A stretch of DNA of 64,000 bases, from assembly GCA_041743505.1 (NCBI GenBank), contig JBGTMQ010000003.1, forward strand, positions 89,148 to 153,147. The letters are read 5' to 3'. Shown in pieces: positions 37,866 to 46,319 of this stretch. The notes beneath the pieces are model-generated. The model did not search any database. It was not told where the DNA came from and worked only from the letters and a program-made list of their open reading frames with translations. Source of the stretch: Candidatus Saccharimonadia bacterium (GTDB lineage Bacteria > Patescibacteriota > Saccharimonadia > UBA4664). The position numbers were made by a program, and so were the translations under genes. Positions within the stretch are counted from its first letter, which is position 1; every line of letters begins with the position of its first letter.

Positions 37866-37887
37866 ACCCCCAGCCAGTCTGCTACGG

Positions 37888-38526
37888 TCACTCCCCCGCG
37901 CGCGTCAGCAGCACCACCTGGGTCTCAGACGGAGCTTCCTTCGCATTCACACGCAGCTTGGTCTCCGGCTCAGGACTTGCCCCCATCTCCTTCAAGAATT
38001 CCTCCACTCCGCTTTGCGGCATAGAGTACTTGGTCTTGCCGTCATCATAGTGCACCGGCACCACGTAACTCGGCTCAAGCTGAGTCACTACCGCCGCAGC
38101 CTCCTCAGGCTCCAGCGTCAGCCCATGGCCGCCGACCGGCACCACCAGCACGTCAACCTTGCCCAATGTCTCAACCTGCTTGTTATCAAGTTTACCGGCA
38201 ATATTGCCCGTCACCACCACATTGACACCATCAATGACGATACTATAAACCGTACCACGGGCGCCGTCCTCGTCAATGTGTAATCGGGCCGGCACACCAG
38301 TCATCATGGCACCCTTCACCTCATACTCACCTGGCCCATCAATTACCATAGCGTTTTGAACCTGGCCAAAGCCCTCTAATGTTGAGGCAGTTACAACATC
38401 TGCCTTATTCGCTAGCTTGCTAAGGCCGGCATCTTCACTATAAGGATCACAAATAACATTCAAATTCTTGCCCGAAAGCTTCACGCTGCCAACACCGAGA
38501 TACGTTATATCCATAGATTCTCTCAA
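37888..38526 (-). CDS. MBL-fold metallo-hydrolase
   Basis: Beta-lactamase-fold layout with a C-terminal VVPVHYDD metal-binding block. Confidence 0.55.
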   Translation of the reverse strand: MRESMDITYLGVGSVKLSGKNLNVICDPYSEDAGLSKLANKADVVTASTLEGFGQVQNAMVIDGPGEYEVKGAMMTGVPARLHIDEDGARGTVYSIVIDGVNVVVTGNIAGKLDNKQVETLGKVDVLVVPVGGHGLTLEPEEAAAVVTQLEPSYVVPVHYDDGKTKYSMPQSGVEEFLKEMGASPEPETKLRVNAKEAPSETQVVLLTRAGE

Positions 38527-38534
38527 ATTACTGC

Positions 38535-39275
38535 TTAAATTCTGCCACGGCCCAGATATTTGCGGGTACTTCTGGTGCCAATATACTCACCAAACGTCAC
38601 ATCGCTATGAGCCAGCGGCTTCTCGTGCTGCCCATCGATGATAACAATCTTTTTGGCCTCCAGCACATTTGTCACGAACCGGTCATTAAGGCTCAACCGG
38701 TACTGGTACTCGTCCGGTGTCAGCGATGAATAGTTAAGCTCACGGCCGCCTTCCTTCTCCATCTCCGCCACCACTTTGGCCAGCCGGGCTTTATTGACAT
38801 CACCCACCACAAAAATGTCTATGGCCGTACGTGTATCATTAGTGAAAGAGCCGGTCAGAAACGCAAACTGCACCGCACCCGTCGAACGAATCTTCTTGAT
38901 AATCTGATCCTCTTCACGTGTTTCTTTCAGTACCGGATCAGCACTCTTGACCGGCATGGTCGTAAAGATACTCCGCAATTGCTCATAGTATTCGTACTTG
39001 GCATTCACCTCGTAATACAACCGGTTATTTGATCCCTCAGAACTGATAATCCCAATGCTTAATAAATTTGCCAATTCTCGCCGCACCGAATTTATTTGCT
39101 CATCGATCTTGCGGGTAATTTCGCGCACATAAAAAGGCCGGCCAGGATTATTAAAAAATAAGCTCAACAGCTTGACCCGTGTTTTTGAACCAAACAATTG
39201 CTCGACCATGATCACTCCATAGGCAGCTTGCCGCTGCATTCCTGTCCGCATTATACCAAAACAATCTGTCAACAA
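38535..39275 (-). CDS. winged-helix regulator fused to a nucleotidyltransferase-like domain
   Basis: N-terminal wHTH (FYVREITRKIDEQINSVRRELANLLSIGII) and a C-terminal TGSFTNDTRTAIDIFVVGD minimal-NTase-like motif. Confidence 0.45.
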   Translation of the reverse strand: MLTDCFGIMRTGMQRQAAYGVIMVEQLFGSKTRVKLLSLFFNNPGRPFYVREITRKIDEQINSVRRELANLLSIGIISSEGSNNRLYYEVNAKYEYYEQLRSIFTTMPVKSADPVLKETREEDQIIKKIRSTGAVQFAFLTGSFTNDTRTAIDIFVVGDVNKARLAKVVAEMEKEGGRELNYSSLTPDEYQYRLSLNDRFVTNVLEAKKIVIIDGQHEKPLAHSDVTFGEYIGTRSTRKYLGRGRI

Positions 39276-39314
39276 CTACTCTCTAGGCACCCGGCACATG
39301 ACGACCTAATTGGT

Positions 39315-40682
39315 TCAGAGCACCAGGCTAACGAGTAAGGCTATCGCCGCTGCCGTCATGAACACCCAGGCCGACCACACGCCAAGCCGGCTCCAGAACC
39401 CGCTGCGATACTCACCCATAATGTCAGTCCGTGAGACAATCAGCGCTACCAAAAATATTAGTGGCACAGCCGCAATACCATTCAGTACTGCCGTAAACAC
39501 CAGAGCCTTGATCGGGTCCAAGCCGGCAAAGTTCATCGCTAGCCCCGCCAGTGTCGACACAATGATAACCAAATAAAACGCCCTGGCCGCTTTAAACTTT
39601 CTGAATAAGCCCTCGCGCCAATTGAAGGCCTCTGAGATAGCGTATGCTGACGAGCCGGCCAGAATCGGGACACTTAATAACCCGATGCCAATAATACCAA
39701 TCGAAAAGACAAACTTAGCCCAGAACCCGGCATTCGGAAACCCTTGTACCAGTGGTTCCAGCGCCTTGGCAGCATCTGCAGCGGAATTTATAGTATGGAT
39801 TCCGCCGTTATGTAACACTACTGCGCCAACCAGAATAATAAACCAGGCCGTCACATTCGAAAACAGCATGCCAAAAGCATTATCCAGCCGCAGATCCTTC
39901 AGATACTGTTTGCTAATCCGCGGGACACCACCACGCTGAGCCAGCCGGTGAGCCGCAATCTCATCCTCCACCACCTCGCTTGTTTGCCAAAAGAACAGAT
40001 ACGGCGAGATCGTCGTACCCAAAATTGCCACAAATATGTACAAATACTCGGTCGTAAACTCAATATGCGGTATAAATGTCGCCTTTATCACCTCTATCCA
40101 CGGCATATTAACCATAAAAGCGGTAATGAAGTAGGCGAACAACGTTAGCGCCAGCCACTTGAGCAGCTTAACGTATGACTTGTAGGTCACAAACACCTCG
40201 AGCAGAATAATCAGCACCGCAAAGCCGACGGCCAGCAGCGCAAATGGCGCACCCGGCACCAGCAGCTGTGTCGAAGCAGCCATAGCCCCGAGGTTAGCCC
40301 CGATATTGAACGTGTTAGCCACCACAACCAAAAACACCATTGGTAGTAGCAGCCAACGCGGATAATTATCGCGTATGACGGCCGCCAAACCCTTGCCGGT
40401 AATAGCTCCTATTCGCATACAGGCCTCTTGCACAGCGGTCATCAGCGGATAAGTCACCAGCATCAGCCAGGGTGTCGCCAAACCAAACTGAGCACCGGCC
40501 TGCGAATACGTCGCAATGCCGGAGGGATCATCATCAGCCGCTCCAGTAATGACGCCCGGACCGAGAACACGCAAAAAACGGCCGAAGCCTTTTTGATTGG
40601 ACCGGCGCCGCGAACCATCCGGCGCCCGGGTTGCCTCCAACTCGGCTTCAGTAATAGCCTCGTCGGGGAGTAAAACTGCCAT
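39315..40682 (-). CDS. mntH: NRAMP-family divalent metal transporter
   Basis: GPGVITGAADDDPSGIATYSQAGAQFG consensus transport motif and about 11 TM helices. Confidence 0.8.
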   Translation of the reverse strand: MAVLLPDEAITEAELEATRAPDGSRRRSNQKGFGRFLRVLGPGVITGAADDDPSGIATYSQAGAQFGLATPWLMLVTYPLMTAVQEACMRIGAITGKGLAAVIRDNYPRWLLLPMVFLVVVANTFNIGANLGAMAASTQLLVPGAPFALLAVGFAVLIILLEVFVTYKSYVKLLKWLALTLFAYFITAFMVNMPWIEVIKATFIPHIEFTTEYLYIFVAILGTTISPYLFFWQTSEVVEDEIAAHRLAQRGGVPRISKQYLKDLRLDNAFGMLFSNVTAWFIILVGAVVLHNGGIHTINSAADAAKALEPLVQGFPNAGFWAKFVFSIGIIGIGLLSVPILAGSSAYAISEAFNWREGLFRKFKAARAFYLVIIVSTLAGLAMNFAGLDPIKALVFTAVLNGIAAVPLIFLVALIVSRTDIMGEYRSGFWSRLGVWSAWVFMTAAAIALLVSLVL

Positions 40683-40711
40683 GGTACAAGCATAAGCATC
40701 ATCTGCACATC

Positions 40712-41011
40712 TTGTCTAGACCACCAGATATAACCCCATTGACTTTGCCCAAAAATATGCTATTAATGAAATATCCGGATGGGAACTCCACCAACATGTC
40801 CAGAAAGGCTTTTGATATGCCCCAGCCAAAGTTTAAGGCTCCGGACCCCACAACGGTTATTGGCATCGTACTTGTAAGTGCTCTCTTTCTCTGGATTATT
40901 GGCTGGGCAATCCTGGCCAGCTCCACGACGGATAGCGGCCCAGGCGACCAGCAACCGCCATCTCAACCCCCGGTTACCTCCAGTATACCGTCGCCGCCAA
41001 TGCCAATCTGA
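40712..41011 (+). CDS. hypothetical small membrane protein
   Basis: A single TM helix (VIGIVLVSALFLWIIGWAIL) then a Pro-rich tail. This is the only candidate gene in an otherwise non-coding 400-nt gap. Confidence 0.25.
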   Translation: MSRPPDITPLTLPKNMLLMKYPDGNSTNMSRKAFDMPQPKFKAPDPTTVIGIVLVSALFLWIIGWAILASSTTDSGPGDQQPPSQPPVTSSIPSPPMPI

Positions 41012-41102
41012 CCACGCAGCCTCGGGTTGCAGACCATACCAACCAATTATGGCCGGTCCCCTATCCGGGGCCGGCCATAGTCATGCTTGCTTCGCCTCAA
41101 CC

Positions 41103-41849
41103 TCAGCGCAATTCCACATATTGTGCAAACCGTGCCTCCGGCACTCCCTCCCGGCCGGCCTGAACATGCGAGTAAAACTCTGTTGATGAATACGTATCAA
41201 TAGCCGAATCCTCAATGTGCTTGGGCCTCAGCCCCGCCAGCCGCAGCTGCTCCAAATTGTAGCCCCGCACATTCACCGAATACTTCCCCTCACCCACCGG
41301 CCGGACAAAATTACCCCAACCCGTCAACTGCTCCCGTATCCACTCGTCAAAGACGTAGTATTCCATCCCAATACTAGGCCCCAGATAGGCCAATAGTTCA
41401 TCAGACTGCGAGCCGTATTGTTGCTCCAAATAGGTCACCGACTTAGCCACCAACTGTAAATGCGTGCTTTTACGACTACAATGCGCCAGCGCAATCACCC
41501 GGTTTCGCGGATCATATAACGTAATGCCCTGACAATCAGCTATTGGTAGAAACAAGCCCACGCCCGGAGTTTTTGTGACGAGAGTATCGGCCCGCAATGG
41601 CAGCTTGCCAGTCATGCCAATACCTCGAAAGCTCTCATCCACATCCACGATCACATCACGATCCAGAAGCCTAAACAACACACCGTAACCAACCTCAGTA
41701 CCGAGATCACGGGCAAAAATCCGTCGACGGCCAGCCACAACCCCAGCCTCATCAAACCGGTAATCAATATTACCCGCAGCAGTAGTAGACACACCCTCAA
41801 TCAGCTTGCCCGTAGCCGCTAAAAATTGACTATGAATCAACCGCTTCAC
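41103..41849 (-). CDS. pgeF: YfiH/PgeF-family (DUF152) peptidoglycan-editing / purine nucleoside-processing enzyme
   Basis: IADCQGI and LAHCSRKST motifs in YfiH-like order. Overlaps gatD by 4 nt. Confidence 0.55.
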   Translation of the reverse strand: MKRLIHSQFLAATGKLIEGVSTTAAGNIDYRFDEAGVVAGRRRIFARDLGTEVGYGVLFRLLDRDVIVDVDESFRGIGMTGKLPLRADTLVTKTPGVGLFLPIADCQGITLYDPRNRVIALAHCSRKSTHLQLVAKSVTYLEQQYGSQSDELLAYLGPSIGMEYYVFDEWIREQLTGWGNFVRPVGEGKYSVNVRGYNLEQLRLAGLRPKHIEDSAIDTYSSTEFYSHVQAGREGVPEARFAQYVELR

Positions 41850-42565
41850 TGTGGCCTCTCCGCAGCCACTTTAGCCGCCGCATGCTCTATCCGGTCATCC
41901 AGCGGGGCCAGCTCACCTACCCTATACCGCCGCTTCAATGCAGCCAAGATCAAATGATCAGCCAGGACCGGGTTCTTCGGTAGCACTGGCCCGTGCAAGT
42001 ACGTACCAATAACATTACCCGTCACCGCACCTTCGCGCTTATTTTTTGCATTGTTGCCATAACCCTTACGGACCCGCCCCAGCGGTTCCTGTCCGGGTTC
42101 CAGGATAGTCTGGCCGGAATGGTTCTCAAAGCCCACCAGCCGGCCAAATGGGCTGTCTACGACCATGTTACCGATCATACGTGCACCAGACCCGATCGTA
42201 CTAGCCCGAAATACGCTGATACCCGGAATCTCCCGGCCGTCCAGCGTGGTAAACCCACGGCCAAACAATTGATAAGTGCCGCAAATCACCAACATCGGCA
42301 CGCCGTCGGCTGCCAGCTGCCGCAATTCTTCACCATGCGACAACAAATCGGCCCCCATGTGCAGCTGGCCGGAGTCCTGTCCCCCACCCCCAAACACGAT
42401 GTCCGCCTTATTCCAATCAAACGCCTCGCCTATCTCCAACGGCCTCACCTCAGCCTCATATCCACGCCATTCCAGCCGCCGCACCAGCGCCAAAACGTTA
42501 CCCAGGTCACCATAAATATTCATCTCCCGCGGATACAGGTGCGCGATCACGAGTTTACGGCTCAT
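41846..42565 (-). CDS. gatD: lipid II isoglutaminyl synthase glutamine amidotransferase subunit (CobQ/GatD-like)
   Basis: CobB/CobQ-like GATase with VICGTYQLFG catalytic Cys block. Overlaps murT by 4 nt. Confidence 0.7.
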   Translation of the reverse strand: MSRKLVIAHLYPREMNIYGDLGNVLALVRRLEWRGYEAEVRPLEIGEAFDWNKADIVFGGGGQDSGQLHMGADLLSHGEELRQLAADGVPMLVICGTYQLFGRGFTTLDGREIPGISVFRASTIGSGARMIGNMVVDSPFGRLVGFENHSGQTILEPGQEPLGRVRKGYGNNAKNKREGAVTGNVIGTYLHGPVLPKNPVLADHLILAALKRRYRVGELAPLDDRIEHAAAKVAAERPQ

Positions 42566-43932
42566 CTCCAGACCTCCTCTAGCTTGGTCCGTGTGGCCAA
42601 ATGCTTGCGCAGCTCCAACATCGCCGTGTAAGTCGGCAAAATAAAGGCCGTTCCGCCTTCTGGCGTCTGCTTTACCAGCTCATCAACTCCCCGCGCCACC
42701 GAATCTACTACCTTCGAAGCAATGCCCGCATAATGCAGCCGCAACGCCATATCTGTCCCGCGAATACCCGCCGACCATACCTTCGCATCCGTCGGTTCCA
42801 GCAATTCCAACGGCACGTCCCACAGCCACGACACGTCCCGGCCATCGGCAAAATTATCATTAATGATCATCAATACGTGAGGCGCCTTTTGACTTAACAA
42901 AAACGTTTCTAGAACCTGCGTAAACCCGGCCGGATTCTTTATCAACAATAAATACAGCGTCCGGCCCTCTACCGTCACCTTCTCCACCCGGCCGAACGCC
43001 GCTACCGTCGTACCAAGCGTCCGCTCCACAACCTCCAGATTCAGCCCCAAACCCGCCGCCAGCGCCAGCGCTCCCAGAGCGTTGTACAAGTTGTACGTTC
43101 CGGGTATCGGCAAGTTCATGGGATAACGCTTACCCTGAATAGCTACCGTAAACCGCGATCCTGCCAGGTCCGACTGCTCCACGCTCGTCACCGCAACATG
43201 CGGCTGCGGCCGGTCAAAATCACCTTTGGGACACCGATAATGACCGATATGACTATAAAATGTTCGGCTAAAGTTCAGCCGGCTCCCGCAATTCGGACAC
43301 CGGTCAGAATCCGTCGCAGTCGTGTACGCGGTAGCCGCCGTAGACGGCAGCCCCTCAACACCAAAATAACTAACCCGCTCCGGCGTAGCATACTTTGCCA
43401 AACTCGCCACCAGCGGATCATCGGCATTGAGATACAAATGCGCGCCCGTAGCAGCAATCCCCTGCCCAATCAGTGCCGCAGTAGTATCAAGCTCGCCATA
43501 GCGGTCAAGCTGGTCCCGAAACAAATTGGTCACCACAATCTGCCGCGGCTGCAGCTCAGGCGCCACCTGGCGCAAGCTGGCCTCATCCACCTCAAACAAA
43601 CCAATAGTGGCCTTAGTCCGCCCATGCATATCCACATCCGCCAGCAATGCCGACACCACCCCCCGCTTCAAATTTGACCCGGCACGGTTAGTGAGCACTC
43701 GCTCACCGCTGGCCGTAAGCATCGCTGCAATCATCTTAGTCGTCGTCGTTTTTCCGTTTGTGCCGGTTACCAAAATAACGCCTTTAGGCAAACTAGCCGC
43801 CAGCTTCCGGCCCAAATGCCGGTCAAGCTTCTCCGCAATCAAACCCGGCAGCGCTGTCCCGCCACCCCGGCCCAAGCCCCGACTGAGCTTGAGTGCGGTC
43901 TTCGTGATAGCAAGCGTTAAAGCAATCGGCAT
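42562..43932 (-). CDS. murT: lipid II isoglutaminyl synthase Mur-ligase-family subunit
   Basis: Mur-ligase P-loop VTGTNGKTTTTKMIA, a CPNCGSRLNF...YRCP zinc ribbon and a C-terminal DUF1727-like domain. Confidence 0.75.
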   Translation of the reverse strand: MPIALTLAITKTALKLSRGLGRGGGTALPGLIAEKLDRHLGRKLAASLPKGVILVTGTNGKTTTTKMIAAMLTASGERVLTNRAGSNLKRGVVSALLADVDMHGRTKATIGLFEVDEASLRQVAPELQPRQIVVTNLFRDQLDRYGELDTTAALIGQGIAATGAHLYLNADDPLVASLAKYATPERVSYFGVEGLPSTAATAYTTATDSDRCPNCGSRLNFSRTFYSHIGHYRCPKGDFDRPQPHVAVTSVEQSDLAGSRFTVAIQGKRYPMNLPIPGTYNLYNALGALALAAGLGLNLEVVERTLGTTVAAFGRVEKVTVEGRTLYLLLIKNPAGFTQVLETFLLSQKAPHVLMIINDNFADGRDVSWLWDVPLELLEPTDAKVWSAGIRGTDMALRLHYAGIASKVVDSVARGVDELVKQTPEGGTAFILPTYTAMLELRKHLATRTKLEEVWR

Positions 43933-44075
43933 AATACGTAAATTATAGCTTAGTTTTTGCTACTCCGGCCGAGGGAAGGACCACATCCCTCCTTCGACTA
44001 TGTAGTCAAACTACATACTAAGTTTCGCTACATACCCAGCCAATAGAAATAATGTCAGCCGTCAGCCCGCTCAAT

Positions 44076-44951
44076 TTAGGCCAGAAATCTCTCTACCAGC
44101 ACCCGCGCCTCACCCACATCCTCCAGCCACCGAATCGCCTTATTCCGCCTAAACCACGTCAGCTGTTTCTTGACCAGCATCATCTCTCCACGCACGTCAT
44201 CAGCCACCCCCTGCTCCACTGTTTTAGCACCTAAAACCACGTCCTTAAATGCCCGGTAACCCACTGCACTCATGGCTTCTGGGTCCCATCCATAAGTCGA
44301 ACCCATTTTCTGAACCTCTTCCAAAAAGCCTTCCGCAAGCATCTTTTGAACCCTTTTCTCAATTCTGCCTTGAACAATATTTTTATTCAATCCCAACCCG
44401 ATGATCAAAGTATTAGCTCGCACCGCATCTTGTCTATCCCGGCCATGTCCCGCCGTCTCAATCGCCCGGATCACCCGCCGCCGGTTGGCCAAATCAATTC
44501 GCCGGGACTCCACCGAATCCTCGGCAACTAGCAGCTCCAACAGCTCGTCATCACCCATCGCCTCCAACCGCCGCCGCAACTCCGGATCAGTCTGCGCCGG
44601 AAACTGGTAATCAAACAACACCGCATCAATATACAATCCACTGCCACCAACCAAAAACGGCACCTTACCCCGAGCCGCTATGTCCTCAATTGCCGACTCC
44701 GCTAGCGCCTTGAACGCTGCCACGCTCAATACCTCACCGGGATCAACCACATCCAGCATGTGATGCTGCACTCTCGCTCGCTCTTCTGTTGTGGGTTTCG
44801 CCGTCCCGATATCCATACCGCGGTAAATTGTCCGCGAATCCGCACACACAATCTCGCCACCAAATTCTTCTGCCAAATTCAGTGCCAAATCAGTTTTTCC
44901 GCTTGCCGTAGGCCCAACTATGGTAATAAGTTTTATTTTCGAATCAATCAT
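44076..44951 (-). CDS. miaA: tRNA dimethylallyltransferase
   Basis: IVGPTASGKT P-loop and MiaA core blocks. Confidence 0.85.
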   Translation of the reverse strand: MIDSKIKLITIVGPTASGKTDLALNLAEEFGGEIVCADSRTIYRGMDIGTAKPTTEERARVQHHMLDVVDPGEVLSVAAFKALAESAIEDIAARGKVPFLVGGSGLYIDAVLFDYQFPAQTDPELRRRLEAMGDDELLELLVAEDSVESRRIDLANRRRVIRAIETAGHGRDRQDAVRANTLIIGLGLNKNIVQGRIEKRVQKMLAEGFLEEVQKMGSTYGWDPEAMSAVGYRAFKDVVLGAKTVEQGVADDVRGEMMLVKKQLTWFRRNKAIRWLEDVGEARVLVERFLA

Positions 44952-44965
44952 TGTTGTAAATTATC

Positions 44966-45313
44966 CTACAATAAAGTCTGTTGAGCCGGCTCATCTCCCG
45001 GCGGCCACCACAATAGAGCAGCTATATCCACTTTATCTTCAGCATCAACCACCACACCCTCAACCTCCAGCCGGCGGGCGTGCTCGGTCCGCCCGCCTGG
45101 AAACGCACTAGCCAATCCTCCGCTCTTATTCACCACCCGGTGCCATGGCAACTCTTCCGGGCCATAATGGGCAATCCCGCCGACCATCCGGGCCGCCCGC
45201 GGACTACCGCACAATGCCGCCAACTGCCCATACGTCATCACCCGTCCGGTTGGTATCTGCGCCACATAGGCATAAATTAGTTCTGAAAAATTATCTGGCA
45301 CTTCAGGATTCAT
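44966..45313 (-). CDS. alkyltransferase-like protein (ATL; MGMT-fold with the active-site Cys replaced by Trp)
   Basis: Ogt C-terminal-domain fold (MTYGQLAALCGSPRAARMVGGIAHYGPEELPWHRVV) with PWHRV in place of PCHRV. About 115 aa, typical ATL length. Confidence 0.65.
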   Translation of the reverse strand: MNPEVPDNFSELIYAYVAQIPTGRVMTYGQLAALCGSPRAARMVGGIAHYGPEELPWHRVVNKSGGLASAFPGGRTEHARRLEVEGVVVDAEDKVDIAALLWWPPGDEPAQQTLL

Positions 45314-45443
45314 AGCTAGACCTTAAAGGGTTGGCTCGCAAAAGACCAGCCCTCGCATATTTGGGGTATGACAATGGGCCGGTCAAAAGACAACCGGCCC
45401 ATAATAATCGAAAATAACCCACAGCTTCAAACGCATCCTCAGA

Positions 45444-46274
45444 TCAGCTTGCTGTATGTAAATTCTCCAACACCCTCAACCGCCAGACCCCATCACTAAA
45501 GGGCTCCATCCGGCCGTCCACATCATGCTTGGGTGCAAAAATCCGGCGCTGCTCCCATTCTTGCTTTTCAAGCCCGGCGTCAGGATCAACCACCCGAATG
45601 CCATGATTAAGCCGCACGCCACCCGGACCGTTGTCCTCGTCTTCTGAAGTCCCATACGCAATTATGCACTCACCAGCCTCCAGCACTACACCAATATGAG
45701 GTCCGTTCTGGCTCGTCATACTAATCAAGTCACCCGGCCTCACATCCTTGGCAGCCCGTACCGGCTTCACATTCAGCGTATGAATCAGCCGGCTAACTCC
45801 CACCCAAGTAGCCGGCGATTTATGCAGCATTTTACACATATCAGCCAACACCAGGTTACCTGGGCAAAGATCGGCACCATAGAATGACTTGAGCTCAGGA
45901 TAATGCAAAATGAGCTGCTTTATCTCGTCTTCAGACACCCAGAGATACCTAGCCAAACTTCGCCGCTTCATCTGAAATCAAAAGCGGTTGAGCACCTGGT
46001 AGACGAATCCTGAACAATCAACGCCAAGCCCAGCTTGCTTGAGCAAAACCCTGATCTCCTCAGGGTCAGACGACTGCTGTGGCAACCTCGCAAGATAGCG
46101 GCGGGCCACGGTCTGGATCTGAGCGGCCCCACCTTTACCGCGATAAGGCGCGTTCTTCCAGTAAGGCGGTTCATCCCAATTGATCCAGTACGGGGCCCAA
46201 ACCTTAACACCACCAAGGTCTAGCTTATATTCAGTTGCAAAATCACGAATCGTACGGAGCCGCCGATCAGACAT
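45444..46274 (-). pseudogene. NlpC/P60-family peptidase interrupted by a single in-frame UGA (two ORFs, 45978-46274 and 45444-45971, in the same frame)
   Basis: The upstream ORF ends ...GVDCSGFVYQVLNRF-UGA (catalytic Cys box). After UGA-UUU-CAG the downstream ORF starts at AUG in the same frame. It carries the RPGDLISMTSQNGPHIGVVLEAGECIIAYG (His box) region. Confidence 0.4.
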
Positions 46275-46319
46275 GTGAACTCCTTGCTTTCACCGGGCAA
46301 CCATCCACGGACAACGCTA

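Noticed and set aside
45972-45980. Alternative genetic code (UGA as sense, as in SR1/Gracilibacteria) suggested by the in-frame UGA within the NlpC/P60 gene.
   Set aside because: Dozens of long ORFs (for example the 641-aa ThrRS and 749-aa hydrolase) read through with the standard code. A single UGA is better explained as a pseudogene, a sequencing error or read-through.
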